Shown here piece by piece: positions 34,001-43,237 of a stretch of DNA of 64,000 nucleotides. The stretch's first letter is position 1, and each line of letters starts with the position of its first letter. The notes beneath the pieces are model-generated. The model worked only from the letters and a program-made list of their open reading frames with translations, searched no databases and had not been told where the DNA came from. The translations under genes were made by a program, and so were the position numbers. Source of the DNA: a bacterium (GTDB lineage: Bacteria; SZUA-182; DTGQ01; JAFGSM01). The stretch spans positions 64,001 to 128,000 of the forward strand of contig JBLIRO010000002.1 in NCBI GenBank assembly GCA_049472335.1, given 5' to 3'.

Positions 34001-34148
34001 CGGATGGGTTACTACTGATTATAAAAACGGGCCGGGCTTGACGTTTGGTGACAGTGCCAACCTGTTAACCCCGACAATCGGAGATTCCAATACCATGATA
34101 CCGGAATCCAAGGCCTTCATGGTCAACGTTGTAAGGAAGGGGGTGTAA
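31050..34148 (+). CDS. fdnG: Formate dehydrogenase alpha subunit, selenocysteine-containing (1032 aa; UGA at 31617-31619)
   Basis: Tat signal SRRDFLK, CPYCAVGC; ORFs 31050-31619 and 31668-34148 are in frame across EHQARI-(TGA)-HSATVAALAESFGRGAMTNHW, the conserved Sec-His active-site context. Confidence 0.95.
31620..31668 (+). promoter_or_regulatory. Putative bacterial SECIS element
   Basis: Stem GCGGCUCU/AGAGUCGU (31635-31653) with a G-containing apical loop, starting 15 nt after the UGA. Confidence 0.7.
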
Positions 34149-34152
34149 GGAA

Positions 34153-34935
34153 ATGGTTGATTACAATAAGGAAAAGGCCTTCATGCTGTATCCTGAAAAG
34201 TGCACTGCCTGCCGCTCCTGTCAGATTGCCTGTAAAAACTGGAACCAAAACAAGGCGATCAAGACCATAAATAGTGGAAGTTTCGAGAATCCCCCCACCT
34301 TAAATTATTTTAACTACACGAAGATCAAGTTCAATGAGTATGGAAATGGTGAAGATTATGGGATTAAGTGGCTATTTTTAAAAGAGCAGTGTCTTCATTG
34401 TACGGATGCCACATGTATGATAGTCTGTCCTTCGGAGGGGGCGCTTTACAGGACACCTCAAGGTGCCGTTGCCTTTAACTCGAAAAAGTGTATCGGCTGT
34501 AAATATTGTGTAATGACCTGTCCCTTTGAGGTGCCAAAGTTCAATGAAGCGACTCAGACCATCAGTAAGTGTCACCTGTGTTATGACAGGATGGCCAACG
34601 GACTTACCCCTGCCTGTGCAAAGGCATGTCCAACCGGCGCCATCGTTTATGGTGATCGTGACCTGATTATCAAAGAGGCAAAGGAAAAGGGAGCGGATCG
34701 CATCTATGGTGAAAATGAGCTGGGCGGCCTTCATGTTATGTATGTTTTGCAGGATCAGGTTTCTCCAGACAAATACGGCCTTCCGGTCAATCCAAAGGTG
34801 CCTGCAAGCGTTATCATCTGGAGGAATTATATAAAACCTCTTGTTAAATGGGGTATACCATTTACTATTTTAGGGGTGCTCCTGCACTACTGGTTACATG
34901 GTCCCCATGTTGTGGAAGAAGGGGGTGAAAAATAA
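34153..34935 (+). CDS. fdnH: Formate dehydrogenase beta (4x[4Fe-4S]) subunit
   Basis: CTACRSCQIAC, CLHC...C...CP, CIGCKYC..TCP, CHLC...PACAKACP, C-terminal transmembrane anchor. Confidence 0.92.
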   Translation: MVDYNKEKAFMLYPEKCTACRSCQIACKNWNQNKAIKTINSGSFENPPTLNYFNYTKIKFNEYGNGEDYGIKWLFLKEQCLHCTDATCMIVCPSEGALYRTPQGAVAFNSKKCIGCKYCVMTCPFEVPKFNEATQTISKCHLCYDRMANGLTPACAKACPTGAIVYGDRDLIIKEAKEKGADRIYGENELGGLHVMYVLQDQVSPDKYGLPVNPKVPASVIIWRNYIKPLVKWGIPFTILGVLLHYWLHGPHVVEEGGEK

Positions 34936-35567
34936 TGGCAGGTAAAACCGTTATCAACGGCTCAACCGCACTGGAAAGAATAGCTCACTGGAGCCTTGTG
35001 GGAAGTTGTGTTATTTGTATGATCACGGGGTTTGGTTTCATGTTTCACTCTCTGAACATCTTTCAGGAGATTTTCGGACTTCCCCATGGCGCTAAGATAG
35101 TTCATCATTTCTTCGGACTTGTGTTTTTCATATCCTTGATCCTGTGTTTTCTTGTCTGGGTCAAGAACTGCGGTTTTGATTCCGAAGACATCAAATGGTT
35201 TAAGGTGCTTGGTGGTTATATTATTCGCACAGACAAGCACTTTGATCTTTATAAGTTCAATCCCGGTCAGAAGATCTTTTTTTGGTACACTATTATTTTT
35301 GGCGTAATCGTTTCCGTAACCGGGTACATTATGTGGAATCCGTTTGCATGGAGCAGAAACACGGTTCAGATCAGCTATCCGCTCCATGCCGTTTGTGCCT
35401 TTTTATTTGCAATTGGTTTTCTTGGTCACGGGTACCTCGGCTCATGGGCAAATCCCGGGAGCTTCAGTGTTATTACTTCCGGCAGGGTAAAACGGGCCTG
35501 GTGTGAGCACCATCGGCCAAGATGGACCAGAAAGATGGAGAAGGAAGGTAAACTAAAAGAGGTTTGA
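34935..35567 (+). CDS. fdnI: Formate dehydrogenase gamma (cytochrome b) subunit
   Basis: ERIAHW, HHFFG, KFNPGQK, LHA, GHGY, W..HHRPRW; four TM helices. Confidence 0.9.
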   Translation: MAGKTVINGSTALERIAHWSLVGSCVICMITGFGFMFHSLNIFQEIFGLPHGAKIVHHFFGLVFFISLILCFLVWVKNCGFDSEDIKWFKVLGGYIIRTDKHFDLYKFNPGQKIFFWYTIIFGVIVSVTGYIMWNPFAWSRNTVQISYPLHAVCAFLFAIGFLGHGYLGSWANPGSFSVITSGRVKRAWCEHHRPRWTRKMEKEGKLKEV

Positions 35568-35591
35568 ACCTCATAGTTTTTGTGGTTTTGT

Positions 35592-35630
35592 TAAATGGGG
35601 TGCTGAGGATTTCTTAGTGCCCCATTTTAA
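35592..35630 (+). terminator. Terminator after fdnI
   Basis: AAATGGGGTGCTGAG-gattt-CTTAGTGCCCCATTTT. Confidence 0.65.
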
Positions 35631-35642
35631 TAGGGACAAGGG

Positions 35643-36037
35643 AATTGCAAATTGAAAAATGCAAATTGCAAAATGCAAAATTAAGGAAAAGAGAGTATCC
35701 TTTTTGAAATGCAAAATGCAAAATGAAGGACAAAAGAGAGGTTTTCTATGAAATGCAAAATGATGAATGGATAAAGGAAAATCAAGAATAGCTAAGTTGG
35801 TTCAAAATGACAAAGAAGGATCGGCTTCCTAGCTGTGAAGTGATAAAATCCTTGGAATAAGTATAGCGGTAGTTATTTAACATTGTTGGCAAGATGGAAA
35901 CAAGAAGCGGAATCGGCGTAAGAAGATTTTCAATTTGCAATTCTTGTTTAGGGTTGGCAAAACGGCAACAACTGGCAAAAATCTTCGTATATAAATTTGC
36001 ATTTTGCATTTTGCAATTCTCAATTTGCATTTTTTTA
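35643..36037. mobile_element. MITE-like element copy B, with heptamer-repeat inverted ends
   Basis: AATTGCAAATTGAAAAATGCAAATTGCAAAATGC... at left, ...AAATTTGCATTTTGCATTTTGCAATTCTCAATTTGCAT at right; shares an internal segment with copy A. Confidence 0.6.
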
Positions 36038-37429
36038 AATGGATTGCCCTCCGACTACAATCTGCTTTATACGAAGCGTAGGTTGTGCGTCCGATACCGG
36101 GGCCCTCTGCCCATCCTTGCCGCATGTACCTACCTGATAGCCAAGATCGGACCCAACCATGTCTATATTTTGTAATACCTTCGGTCCTTTACCGATCAGG
36201 GTCGCACCGCGGACAGGTCTGGTTATCTTACCCCTTTCTACAAGATAACCTTCATTGACCTCGAATACAAATTCTCCACTGACCGTGTCCACCTGTCCAC
36301 CGCCCATTTTTTTAACAAAAAGTCCCTTGGGGGTCGAGGATATAATCTCTTCAGGGTGAAAGCTGCCTGGATTTATGAAGGTGTTGGTCATTCTCGGAAT
36401 GGGTACATGTTGATAGGATTCTCTTCGCCCATTGCCGGTAGAAACGGATTTAGCCTTAAGGGCTGAAAGTCGATCATACATATAACGCCTTAGTATGCCT
36501 TTTTCAACCAGCACGGTTCTCTGGGCAGGGGTCCCTTCGTCATCATAGTAGAAAGATCCCCTTTTACCCGGGAGCGTTGCATCATCAATAACTGTGACAA
36601 CAGGCGAGGCTACCTTTTCACCCAATTGGTTAGAGAACACAGAAAGCCTTTTTTGGATTAAATCAGCTTCAAGACCATGGCCGATAGCTTCATGAATCAT
36701 GGTACCGCCCGCTTCTGATGAGAGAATGACAGTCATGGGACCTGTAGGGGCAGGGTCCGCATCCAGCATTGTGAGCGCTCTCCGGGCCGCTAATTCGGCA
36801 ATATTTTCAGGTGAGTGCTGATTATTGAAAATCTCCATACCCGTTCTTCCCCCTATGGCTTCGTAACCGGTTTGGATTTCCTGTCCCTTTGCAGCCACTA
36901 CCTGGACCAGAAAAATAATACTCGGACGTATTTCCTCTATCTTTTCTCCTTCGGAGTTCATTAAACAGATCTCCTGGATATTGTCTGAATAGACAACCTT
37001 GACTTGTTTGATTAGATTCGGATCCAGTCCGCGCGCAGCGTGGTTCGCACGTCTCACCAGATTGGATTTGACGTCCAGGCTGACCTTCTGAAAAGGTTTT
37101 TCCACAGGAAAGGGGCGGGGAGGTATTACTTTATTCAGGTTTATGGAAATCCTTTCCTGCGGGACATTAAGTGTGCAAACCAGGGATTCAGCCATTTTTT
37201 TCAACGATGACTCTGATATATCATTTGAGTAAGCGTATGATGTTTTTTGAGAATGGATTATCCGAAGACCTACGCCAAGGTCAATGCCAAAATCGATTTT
37301 TTCGATTCGTTGATCCTCGCAGCTTATAAAAGAAGAAATCCTCTTTTCAAAAAAGACCTCGGAGAGATCTATCCCTTTTCGTGTAAGATCCGAAAGGATA
37401 TTTGGAATATAGGAAGGACAGTCTATCAT
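36035..37429 (-). CDS. tldD: TldD-family metalloprotease
   Basis: HEAIGHGLEAD, DDEG.P, STGNGRR, PRMTNT, GTCGKDGQ..PVSD.QPT. Confidence 0.92.
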   Translation of the reverse strand: MIDCPSYIPNILSDLTRKGIDLSEVFFEKRISSFISCEDQRIEKIDFGIDLGVGLRIIHSQKTSYAYSNDISESSLKKMAESLVCTLNVPQERISINLNKVIPPRPFPVEKPFQKVSLDVKSNLVRRANHAARGLDPNLIKQVKVVYSDNIQEICLMNSEGEKIEEIRPSIIFLVQVVAAKGQEIQTGYEAIGGRTGMEIFNNQHSPENIAELAARRALTMLDADPAPTGPMTVILSSEAGGTMIHEAIGHGLEADLIQKRLSVFSNQLGEKVASPVVTVIDDATLPGKRGSFYYDDEGTPAQRTVLVEKGILRRYMYDRLSALKAKSVSTGNGRRESYQHVPIPRMTNTFINPGSFHPEEIISSTPKGLFVKKMGGGQVDTVSGEFVFEVNEGYLVERGKITRPVRGATLIGKGPKVLQNIDMVGSDLGYQVGTCGKDGQRAPVSDAQPTLRIKQIVVGGQSI

Positions 37430-37435
37430 TTTTAT

Positions 37436-38275
37436 TTAAATCCCCTTTTTCTGCTTTATTGGTTTATAAGGCGCATTAACTATCCATATGGAACCTCGTG
37501 CATAGAATATAATATTATCTCCGTCAGGGGACCATTTCGGATCATAACCCCTTAATACGATCCCCATGGAAACCTTTTTAATAATCGAATAAATCCAAAT
37601 CCCTTCCGAAGAATATACTATGGAGTAGCCGTCAGGAGCAAATGATCCCTTTGTCCCTTCTGTTATAGGTTCTAACGTGCCGGTCGAGATATCCAGGTTG
37701 GCGAGTTTGAAAAGGACACGGTCCGGTTCCCAGACTTCAACCAATAGGGATGAACCATCAGGGGAAAACGAAAGGGGTATCCCCATATCAAGTAGTTTTA
37801 TTTTGCCTGATCCATCAATATTTATACGCCATATGCCGTTATTATCAAAGATCAGTGAATCCCCTTTTGGAGACCAGCATGGATGATTGCCTGATTTGAT
37901 TAATTGCCTGTGGTTATCTGTCTTGCTATTCCATACCCAAATACCATTATTAACATACGCGATCTTTTCCCCGTCCGGAGACCAGCTTGGATTGGTGCCC
38001 GCTTGAGCGAGTCTGGTTTCTTCTTTTGTAACCAAGTCAAGTATTAATAGGCCGTCACGCCGGAATACGATTTTTCCCCCATCCGGTGACCATGAAGGAG
38101 AAGCACCTTCCACCAGCTTCCGGATGGATATTTCCTTTCCTTCCTTAGTGTAGTTTATCAGAAGGGCAGGGCGGTATTTTGCACAACCTGTCAGGAAAAA
38201 AAACAGGCACAAACTGAATAATATATGGGTTTGTCTTTTAGATACATCAATCAAGTATGACCACCCCGATCTCAT
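37436..38275 (-). CDS. Lipoprotein with TolB-like (PD40) beta-propeller repeats
   Basis: Lipobox FLTGC; repeated P.WSPDG..I motifs. Confidence 0.85.
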   Translation of the reverse strand: MRSGWSYLIDVSKRQTHILFSLCLFFFLTGCAKYRPALLINYTKEGKEISIRKLVEGASPSWSPDGGKIVFRRDGLLILDLVTKEETRLAQAGTNPSWSPDGEKIAYVNNGIWVWNSKTDNHRQLIKSGNHPCWSPKGDSLIFDNNGIWRINIDGSGKIKLLDMGIPLSFSPDGSSLLVEVWEPDRVLFKLANLDISTGTLEPITEGTKGSFAPDGYSIVYSSEGIWIYSIIKKVSMGIVLRGYDPKWSPDGDNIIFYARGSIWIVNAPYKPIKQKKGI

Positions 38276-38480
38276 GGGACAAGTGATTCAGCAGTTCATG
38301 GAGGTCTTGCGATTGATCCATTGTACTCAGGATTTCAATAATGCCCTTTTCCTTGTCAAGTGTCCTCACCACTCCAAGACCGTCATAACCTTCGAAAATG
38401 CCGTTTATATACCATATATACTTTGCTTCGGAGCGGATATGTATAAGAAGGTCTTTACTTTTCAGAGATTGTTTCGTCAA
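38247..38480 (-). CDS. DUF4911-like small protein
   Basis: I.YINGIFEGYDGLGVVRTLD...G.IE pattern; overlaps both neighbours. Confidence 0.7.
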   Translation of the reverse strand: MTKQSLKSKDLLIHIRSEAKYIWYINGIFEGYDGLGVVRTLDKEKGIIEILSTMDQSQDLHELLNHLSHEIGVVILD

Positions 38481-39456
38481 TCTTCATCCCGAAATGACGG
38501 CCGGCCTTTTCTATAGAAACAAGAATCTCATCACCGGAATTCAGCTCTACTACGGAAACGGCAGAACCATCGGGTTTTGTCAGCCTTATAGTCTCGGCAT
38601 TCTGAAGGATAGTTGATAAGCTTTTCTTTTCAAATTCTGCCTCTATCAGAAGAAGGGGCCTCTTTTCGGTTTTGATTCTCCCGACAATCCCTATAGTTGT
38701 TTCACCTTTATGGTTCACAATCAAAACTTCATCCCCTGACTTCAACTCTGAAAGATATCTCGTACGGTTACCGACTGTTTTGATATACGCATGTACCGGC
38801 CCGGCATTTACTCTAAAGGGACGCGGCTCCACATAAGGATTTGGAAGGGATTCGGAATGGACAAGAAATAAAGCCGCGCTGCTGTTTCCGATCAACATGC
38901 CCTGACCCGGCACCATATTCGAACATGTATCGATGCATACGCGATCTCCCATTCCCAGAGGCTTGACCTGTGTAATAACAGCCTTTTGAAGAGATATCTG
39001 TTCCTCCTGCCCGCCTTTGATTAATTTTATAATCCTCGCCACTTCCTGCCAGTCGCGGGTGGTTGTGAGAACACCGTCTACTCCTTTTTCTAGAATAGTA
39101 ACGGCGGTTTTTGCTTCACTGGAATTATTTACCTCCACAATAAGCCCGCCTGTCTGAGCTATAAGGTTTTCCAGGGGGATAATGGTCCAGTCTGTGGTAC
39201 GAACGATGACAAGCTTATTTTTGGCCTGCCGTACAATGGCCTCCTCATCCGATTTGGTTTTTATTTCCCATTCCACTATATCCCGATTTATCTTTAAGTC
39301 CCCCGTATCTTCGGCAATAGTCTGAATACGGCCCAACTGTTTTACCTTTTCCGCATCTTTTTTTTCTACGTAAACAGCATCCGCGCCGTTTTCCAGTGCA
39401 GTAGTTACAAGGGTCTTATCCCAAGGGCATACCTTAACCCAAACCTTTTTATCCAT
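38455..39456 (-). CDS. 3-dehydroquinate synthase II (AroB')
   Basis: [48 protein letters not shown]. Confidence 0.92.
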   Translation of the reverse strand: MDKKVWVKVCPWDKTLVTTALENGADAVYVEKKDAEKVKQLGRIQTIAEDTGDLKINRDIVEWEIKTKSDEEAIVRQAKNKLVIVRTTDWTIIPLENLIAQTGGLIVEVNNSSEAKTAVTILEKGVDGVLTTTRDWQEVARIIKLIKGGQEEQISLQKAVITQVKPLGMGDRVCIDTCSNMVPGQGMLIGNSSAALFLVHSESLPNPYVEPRPFRVNAGPVHAYIKTVGNRTRYLSELKSGDEVLIVNHKGETTIGIVGRIKTEKRPLLLIEAEFEKKSLSTILQNAETIRLTKPDGSAVSVVELNSGDEILVSIEKAGRHFGMKIDETISEK

Positions 39457-40252
39457 CTTTACCCTCTAAGTATCTAATGGCCTGCTCTACCGACCAGTCG
39501 TGATGTACCATCTGACTGATGGCCCAGACAAGTCTTTTGGGATCTCTGTGCTGAAAGGCGTTTCTTCCTATGGAAACCCCTCTTCCCCCGGCATCGAGAG
39601 ACCCCTTTACCATTTCCATTACCTGCATATCAGTCTCCATCTTTTCCCCTCCCGCGATAACGACAGGGACAAAACATCCTTCTACAACCTGAGAAAATGT
39701 TTCAGGAGAACCTGTATAGGCAACCTTTACGATATCCGCACCAAGTTCGGCCCCAATCCTGGCGGCATGTTTAACAACCTTAGGGTCATACTCGTTTTCA
39801 ATCTTAGGCCCTCTCGTATACATCATGGCTACCAGGGGCATGCCCCAATCCCTTGTTACCTTCGCGACAGAGCCAAGATCCTTAAGCATGGACTTTTCAT
39901 CATCCGATCCGATATTCACATGAATGGATACGGCATCGGCGCCGAGCCTGACTCCCTCTTCCACGGAACAAACCAAAACCTTGGCGTTTGGATCAGGGGA
40001 GAGGACGGTGCTTCCGGAAAGGTGAATGATCAAACCGACGTCCGCGCCATGGCCTCTATGTCCGGATTCCACAACCCCTTTATGTATGATTATGGCATTT
40101 GCGCCACCCGCTGCTATCTGGTTGACGGTTTCCTTCATGTCAATAAGTCCGGGTATTGGTCCCAATGTTATGCCATGGTCCATGGGGACAATAACGGTCC
40201 TTTTTGAATTCCGGTTCATGATCCTTTCAAGACGGATCTGTTTGCCGATCAT
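39449..40252 (-). CDS. 2-amino-3,7-dideoxy-D-threo-hept-6-ulosonate synthase (AroA', class I aldolase family)
   Basis: [37 protein letters not shown]; directly upstream of DHQ synthase II. Confidence 0.88.
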   Translation of the reverse strand: MIGKQIRLERIMNRNSKRTVIVPMDHGITLGPIPGLIDMKETVNQIAAGGANAIIIHKGVVESGHRGHGADVGLIIHLSGSTVLSPDPNAKVLVCSVEEGVRLGADAVSIHVNIGSDDEKSMLKDLGSVAKVTRDWGMPLVAMMYTRGPKIENEYDPKVVKHAARIGAELGADIVKVAYTGSPETFSQVVEGCFVPVVIAGGEKMETDMQVMEMVKGSLDAGGRGVSIGRNAFQHRDPKRLVWAISQMVHHDWSVEQAIRYLEGKDG

Positions 40253-40426
40253 CTTTGCACCTCCGATATATAACCATATTTAATTTTAATATGATTCTGT
40301 TTTATTAGAGTATATAGTAATTATAAAGGTTATTTGCCTCACAATTAGAATTACAATTTTTTCATTCTATTAAAATGACAGATCCTTGTCAAACATAAAA
40401 TTGCATAAAAAGGTGTCTGTCCTTAC

Positions 40427-41914
40427 TTAAAATAAAAGTTTCCCTTTTTTTAGATTAATGGTTAATTGCTTGCCTAAAAGGGTTTTGTCTTGCATAAAAT
40501 TTGTTATGTTCTTCAGATCGCAAATAAAGGTATTTTTTACCCCTTCAGGGGTATGACCATGGCAGATTATATGGCTACCGAACTGAGAGAATCTCTCTAT
40601 GATAAATGGCAAGGAAATATCCTTTGCCGGAGCGTAGGCCAGGGCTTCCAGATAAGAGCGATAGCTGCTAAGATCCGTTATTGATGCGTTACCTTCCTGG
40701 CATGCGGCTTCGGCTACTGCATAGGAAACCTCCACCAAAAGCCTGTGGTCGAATGGTTTCGGTATAATGTATGAAGGTCCGAATGAAAGGTCGGCTCCAG
40801 GATAAGCTTCTTTAAGATAATCCGGGGCTTCCAGGCGTGCCACAATGGCAAGCGCTTCTGCCGCAGCCTTTTTCATGGACATGCTTATATATTTGGCCTG
40901 AACATCCAGGGCTCCCCTGAAAATGTATGGGAATCCAAGCACGTTATTTATCTGGTTCAGATAGTCTGACCTGCCTGTGGCCATGATATAAGATCTATTC
41001 CCCATAACATTTTTGACTTCTTCAGGTGTGATCTCAGGCTCGGGATTGGCCATGGCGAAGATACCGGGGTAATCCTTCATGGAAAGGACCATTTCTCCTT
41101 TTACAAGCCCTGGGGTAGAGACACCTATGAATACATCCGCTTTTTCGAGCCCTTCGGCAAGTGTTCTTTTCGATGTTTTTACTGCGAATGCCTTTTTATA
41201 GGGATTCAGATCTTCCCGTCCATTATGGATAATCCCACGGCTGTCCAATAATAAAAGGCTTTTGACTCCCTCGTTTTTGATTGTTTCCGCGATTCTTATG
41301 CCTGCGGCACCGGCGCCGTTTATAACAACCGATAAGTCTTCCATGGATTTTTTGGTTAAAAGGGCATAATTTTTTAGCGCCGCTAATGTAATAATGGCCG
41401 TTCCCCATTGATCATCATGAAAAACAGGGCAGTCCACACATTCCTGTAACCTCTTTTCTACATCAAAACATGCAGGAGCAGCGATATCTTCCAGATTGAT
41501 TCCTCCATACATTTCTGAAAGGCTTGCTGCTACATCAACCAGCTTGTTCACATCGGTCTTACCATGTTTCCCCTCTGTTCGGCAATTTTCAAGTGGAACC
41601 GGCCAGGCATCTATGCGAGCGAATGATTTAAAAAGTACTGCCTTCCCCTCCATAACCGGGATACTGGCCCTGGGGCCTATGTCACCAAGCCCCAAGACGG
41701 CTGTCCCATCTGTTAAAACTGCCACCAGGTTGCCCTTGGAGGTATATTTTAAAACATCAGCCGGGTTTTTTTTGATCTCCAAACATGGTTTTGCCACCCC
41801 AGGGGTATAGGCAATGCTAAGGGCCCTTTGATCGATAAGATCTTTGAGTACCTCTACTCCAAGTTTCCCGCCAAGGTGGTATTGAAGAATTTCCAAGTCT
41901 GTTATTTGAAGCAT
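40427..41914 (-). CDS. NAD(P)-dependent malic enzyme with a ~70-aa non-PTA C-terminal extension
   Basis: AYTPGVA, TDGTAVLGLG.IG, MEGKA.LFK, NLEDI, FHDDQWGT, NGAGAAG, ANP.PEI, ATGRSD..NQINN..GFP..FRG. Confidence 0.92.
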   Translation of the reverse strand: MLQITDLEILQYHLGGKLGVEVLKDLIDQRALSIAYTPGVAKPCLEIKKNPADVLKYTSKGNLVAVLTDGTAVLGLGDIGPRASIPVMEGKAVLFKSFARIDAWPVPLENCRTEGKHGKTDVNKLVDVAASLSEMYGGINLEDIAAPACFDVEKRLQECVDCPVFHDDQWGTAIITLAALKNYALLTKKSMEDLSVVINGAGAAGIRIAETIKNEGVKSLLLLDSRGIIHNGREDLNPYKKAFAVKTSKRTLAEGLEKADVFIGVSTPGLVKGEMVLSMKDYPGIFAMANPEPEITPEEVKNVMGNRSYIMATGRSDYLNQINNVLGFPYIFRGALDVQAKYISMSMKKAAAEALAIVARLEAPDYLKEAYPGADLSFGPSYIIPKPFDHRLLVEVSYAVAEAACQEGNASITDLSSYRSYLEALAYAPAKDISLPFIIERFSQFGSHIICHGHTPEGVKNTFICDLKNITNFMQDKTLLGKQLTINLKKGKLLF

Positions 41915-41943
41915 CGGATGGGTAAGATTTTTAATGGTTTAAT

Positions 41944-42444
41944 TCAAGGCAGACTTTTTTGACAAAGGGATTCTTTGCATAAGTTTTCAAGGCTGATATC
42001 TTCAAAAAAGATCGAAGCTTCTTGTTCGGCCTCTTCCAAGGTCCTTGATCTATGGACAAGGTTGTTAACAGCCCTTTCCTCGTTTATTGAACGGGCAATG
42101 GAGTCCGTGCTCATACTTCTTATCGTTCCGGGTTTTGCCTTGGAAGGGTCCGTGTTCCCGACTAAATCTGCAAAATCCTCAACAAACCCTTTCTTGTATT
42201 TATATCCTTCTTTTTCCTCCAGGACAAAGACCTTTATATCCCTGCCCCTGAAAAAATTCAGAAGCCTTTCATAAAAAAAGGCACCTTTGTGCATGGCATA
42301 AAGCTGCTCTATCTTATCCATATCAGCCGGCTTGAACGACTTCGATGAAACAATGCCAGCCATGGACCGGACCATGTACATTATCTTATCTTCCAAGGCT
42401 AAACCGTCCGGTTTTATCATAAAAAAGATTCTATTCTTTGACAT
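41944..42444 (-). CDS. Nucleoside-diphosphate kinase-like protein B
   Basis: FFMIKPDG, LY..H....FY, VGNTDP..A.PGTIR, NNLVHRS, EAEQEASIFF. Confidence 0.85.
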   Translation of the reverse strand: MSKNRIFFMIKPDGLALEDKIMYMVRSMAGIVSSKSFKPADMDKIEQLYAMHKGAFFYERLLNFFRGRDIKVFVLEEKEGYKYKKGFVEDFADLVGNTDPSKAKPGTIRSMSTDSIARSINEERAVNNLVHRSRTLEEAEQEASIFFEDISLENLCKESLCQKSLP

Positions 42445-42456
42445 GTTATATCCCCT

Positions 42457-43206
42457 CTAAATGGTTTTTAAGGTATATTTTGCAATAATACTTGTGAGAG
42501 CCTGCGAAGCATTACTTTTACTATCTCTATAAGCAATAATATCCTGATAATCTGATTCCCAGACCAGATTTCCGGGCGCGATGATGCATTTGCTGCCATC
42601 CCGATAGGTTGGCAATATTTTGAAACCAAGGTTGGAAGACGTATCAGAAAAGAGATAAAAATGCTCTTTGGCTTCCATATAAGAGAAAATTCGGTGCTGT
42701 GCAGGGAAATCACCCGGCTCGAACCATAGTTTTATCTCCCTTTCGGCTTCCTTTGGATCTCCCGAGGCATGGACGGCATTGTCTATCAATTCCTCCTGGT
42801 CTACGGAATAATCAGTATAGCTCAATTGGGAGCGTAATGTGATAATTCCCTCTGTCTTTGCCAACACCTTACAATCCCTCGGTTTGGTAGGACCGAAATA
42901 TTTTTTTATTCCATCCACAATCCCCGGTGCTTCATAGGTTATGGCCATGACCCTTCTCTTATCCGGTTGTGATGGATAGTGGAGTTCGCCCATAATGTAC
43001 TTTATGGTCATCTCAAAGAAAGGTTTGTCCTTGATATTTGAATAATGTGCCTCCGCCAGTTCTCTTGTTACACGGACCACCTTGGCCGCGGCAATAACCG
43101 GGTTGAGAACAGCGGAAATCCTTTCGATGATAAAACCGGTCAGTGAATAAAGAAGGGCATCTGGTTTAATCAATACAAGAGTTTGTTGAGTTTTTTTAGC
43201 TTTCAT
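42457..43206 (-). CDS. Nucleoside-diphosphate kinase-like protein A with C-terminal extension
   Basis: TLVLIKPDA, AEAHY....KPFF, GPT.P, TLRS, DNAVHAS, AEREIKLWF, then about 80 additional residues. Confidence 0.85.
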   Translation of the reverse strand: MKAKKTQQTLVLIKPDALLYSLTGFIIERISAVLNPVIAAAKVVRVTRELAEAHYSNIKDKPFFEMTIKYIMGELHYPSQPDKRRVMAITYEAPGIVDGIKKYFGPTKPRDCKVLAKTEGIITLRSQLSYTDYSVDQEELIDNAVHASGDPKEAEREIKLWFEPGDFPAQHRIFSYMEAKEHFYLFSDTSSNLGFKILPTYRDGSKCIIAPGNLVWESDYQDIIAYRDSKSNASQALTSIIAKYTLKTI

Positions 43207-43237
43207 GGTTATGTCCTTTATAAGTCCATTATTAATA

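Noticed and set aside
35782..36175. Small ORFs with QIENCKMQNA-like sequence
   Set aside because: Translations of the heptamer repeats of the MITE-like element.
39500..40207. 235-aa plus-strand ORF
   Set aside because: Antisense to the AroA' aldolase gene.
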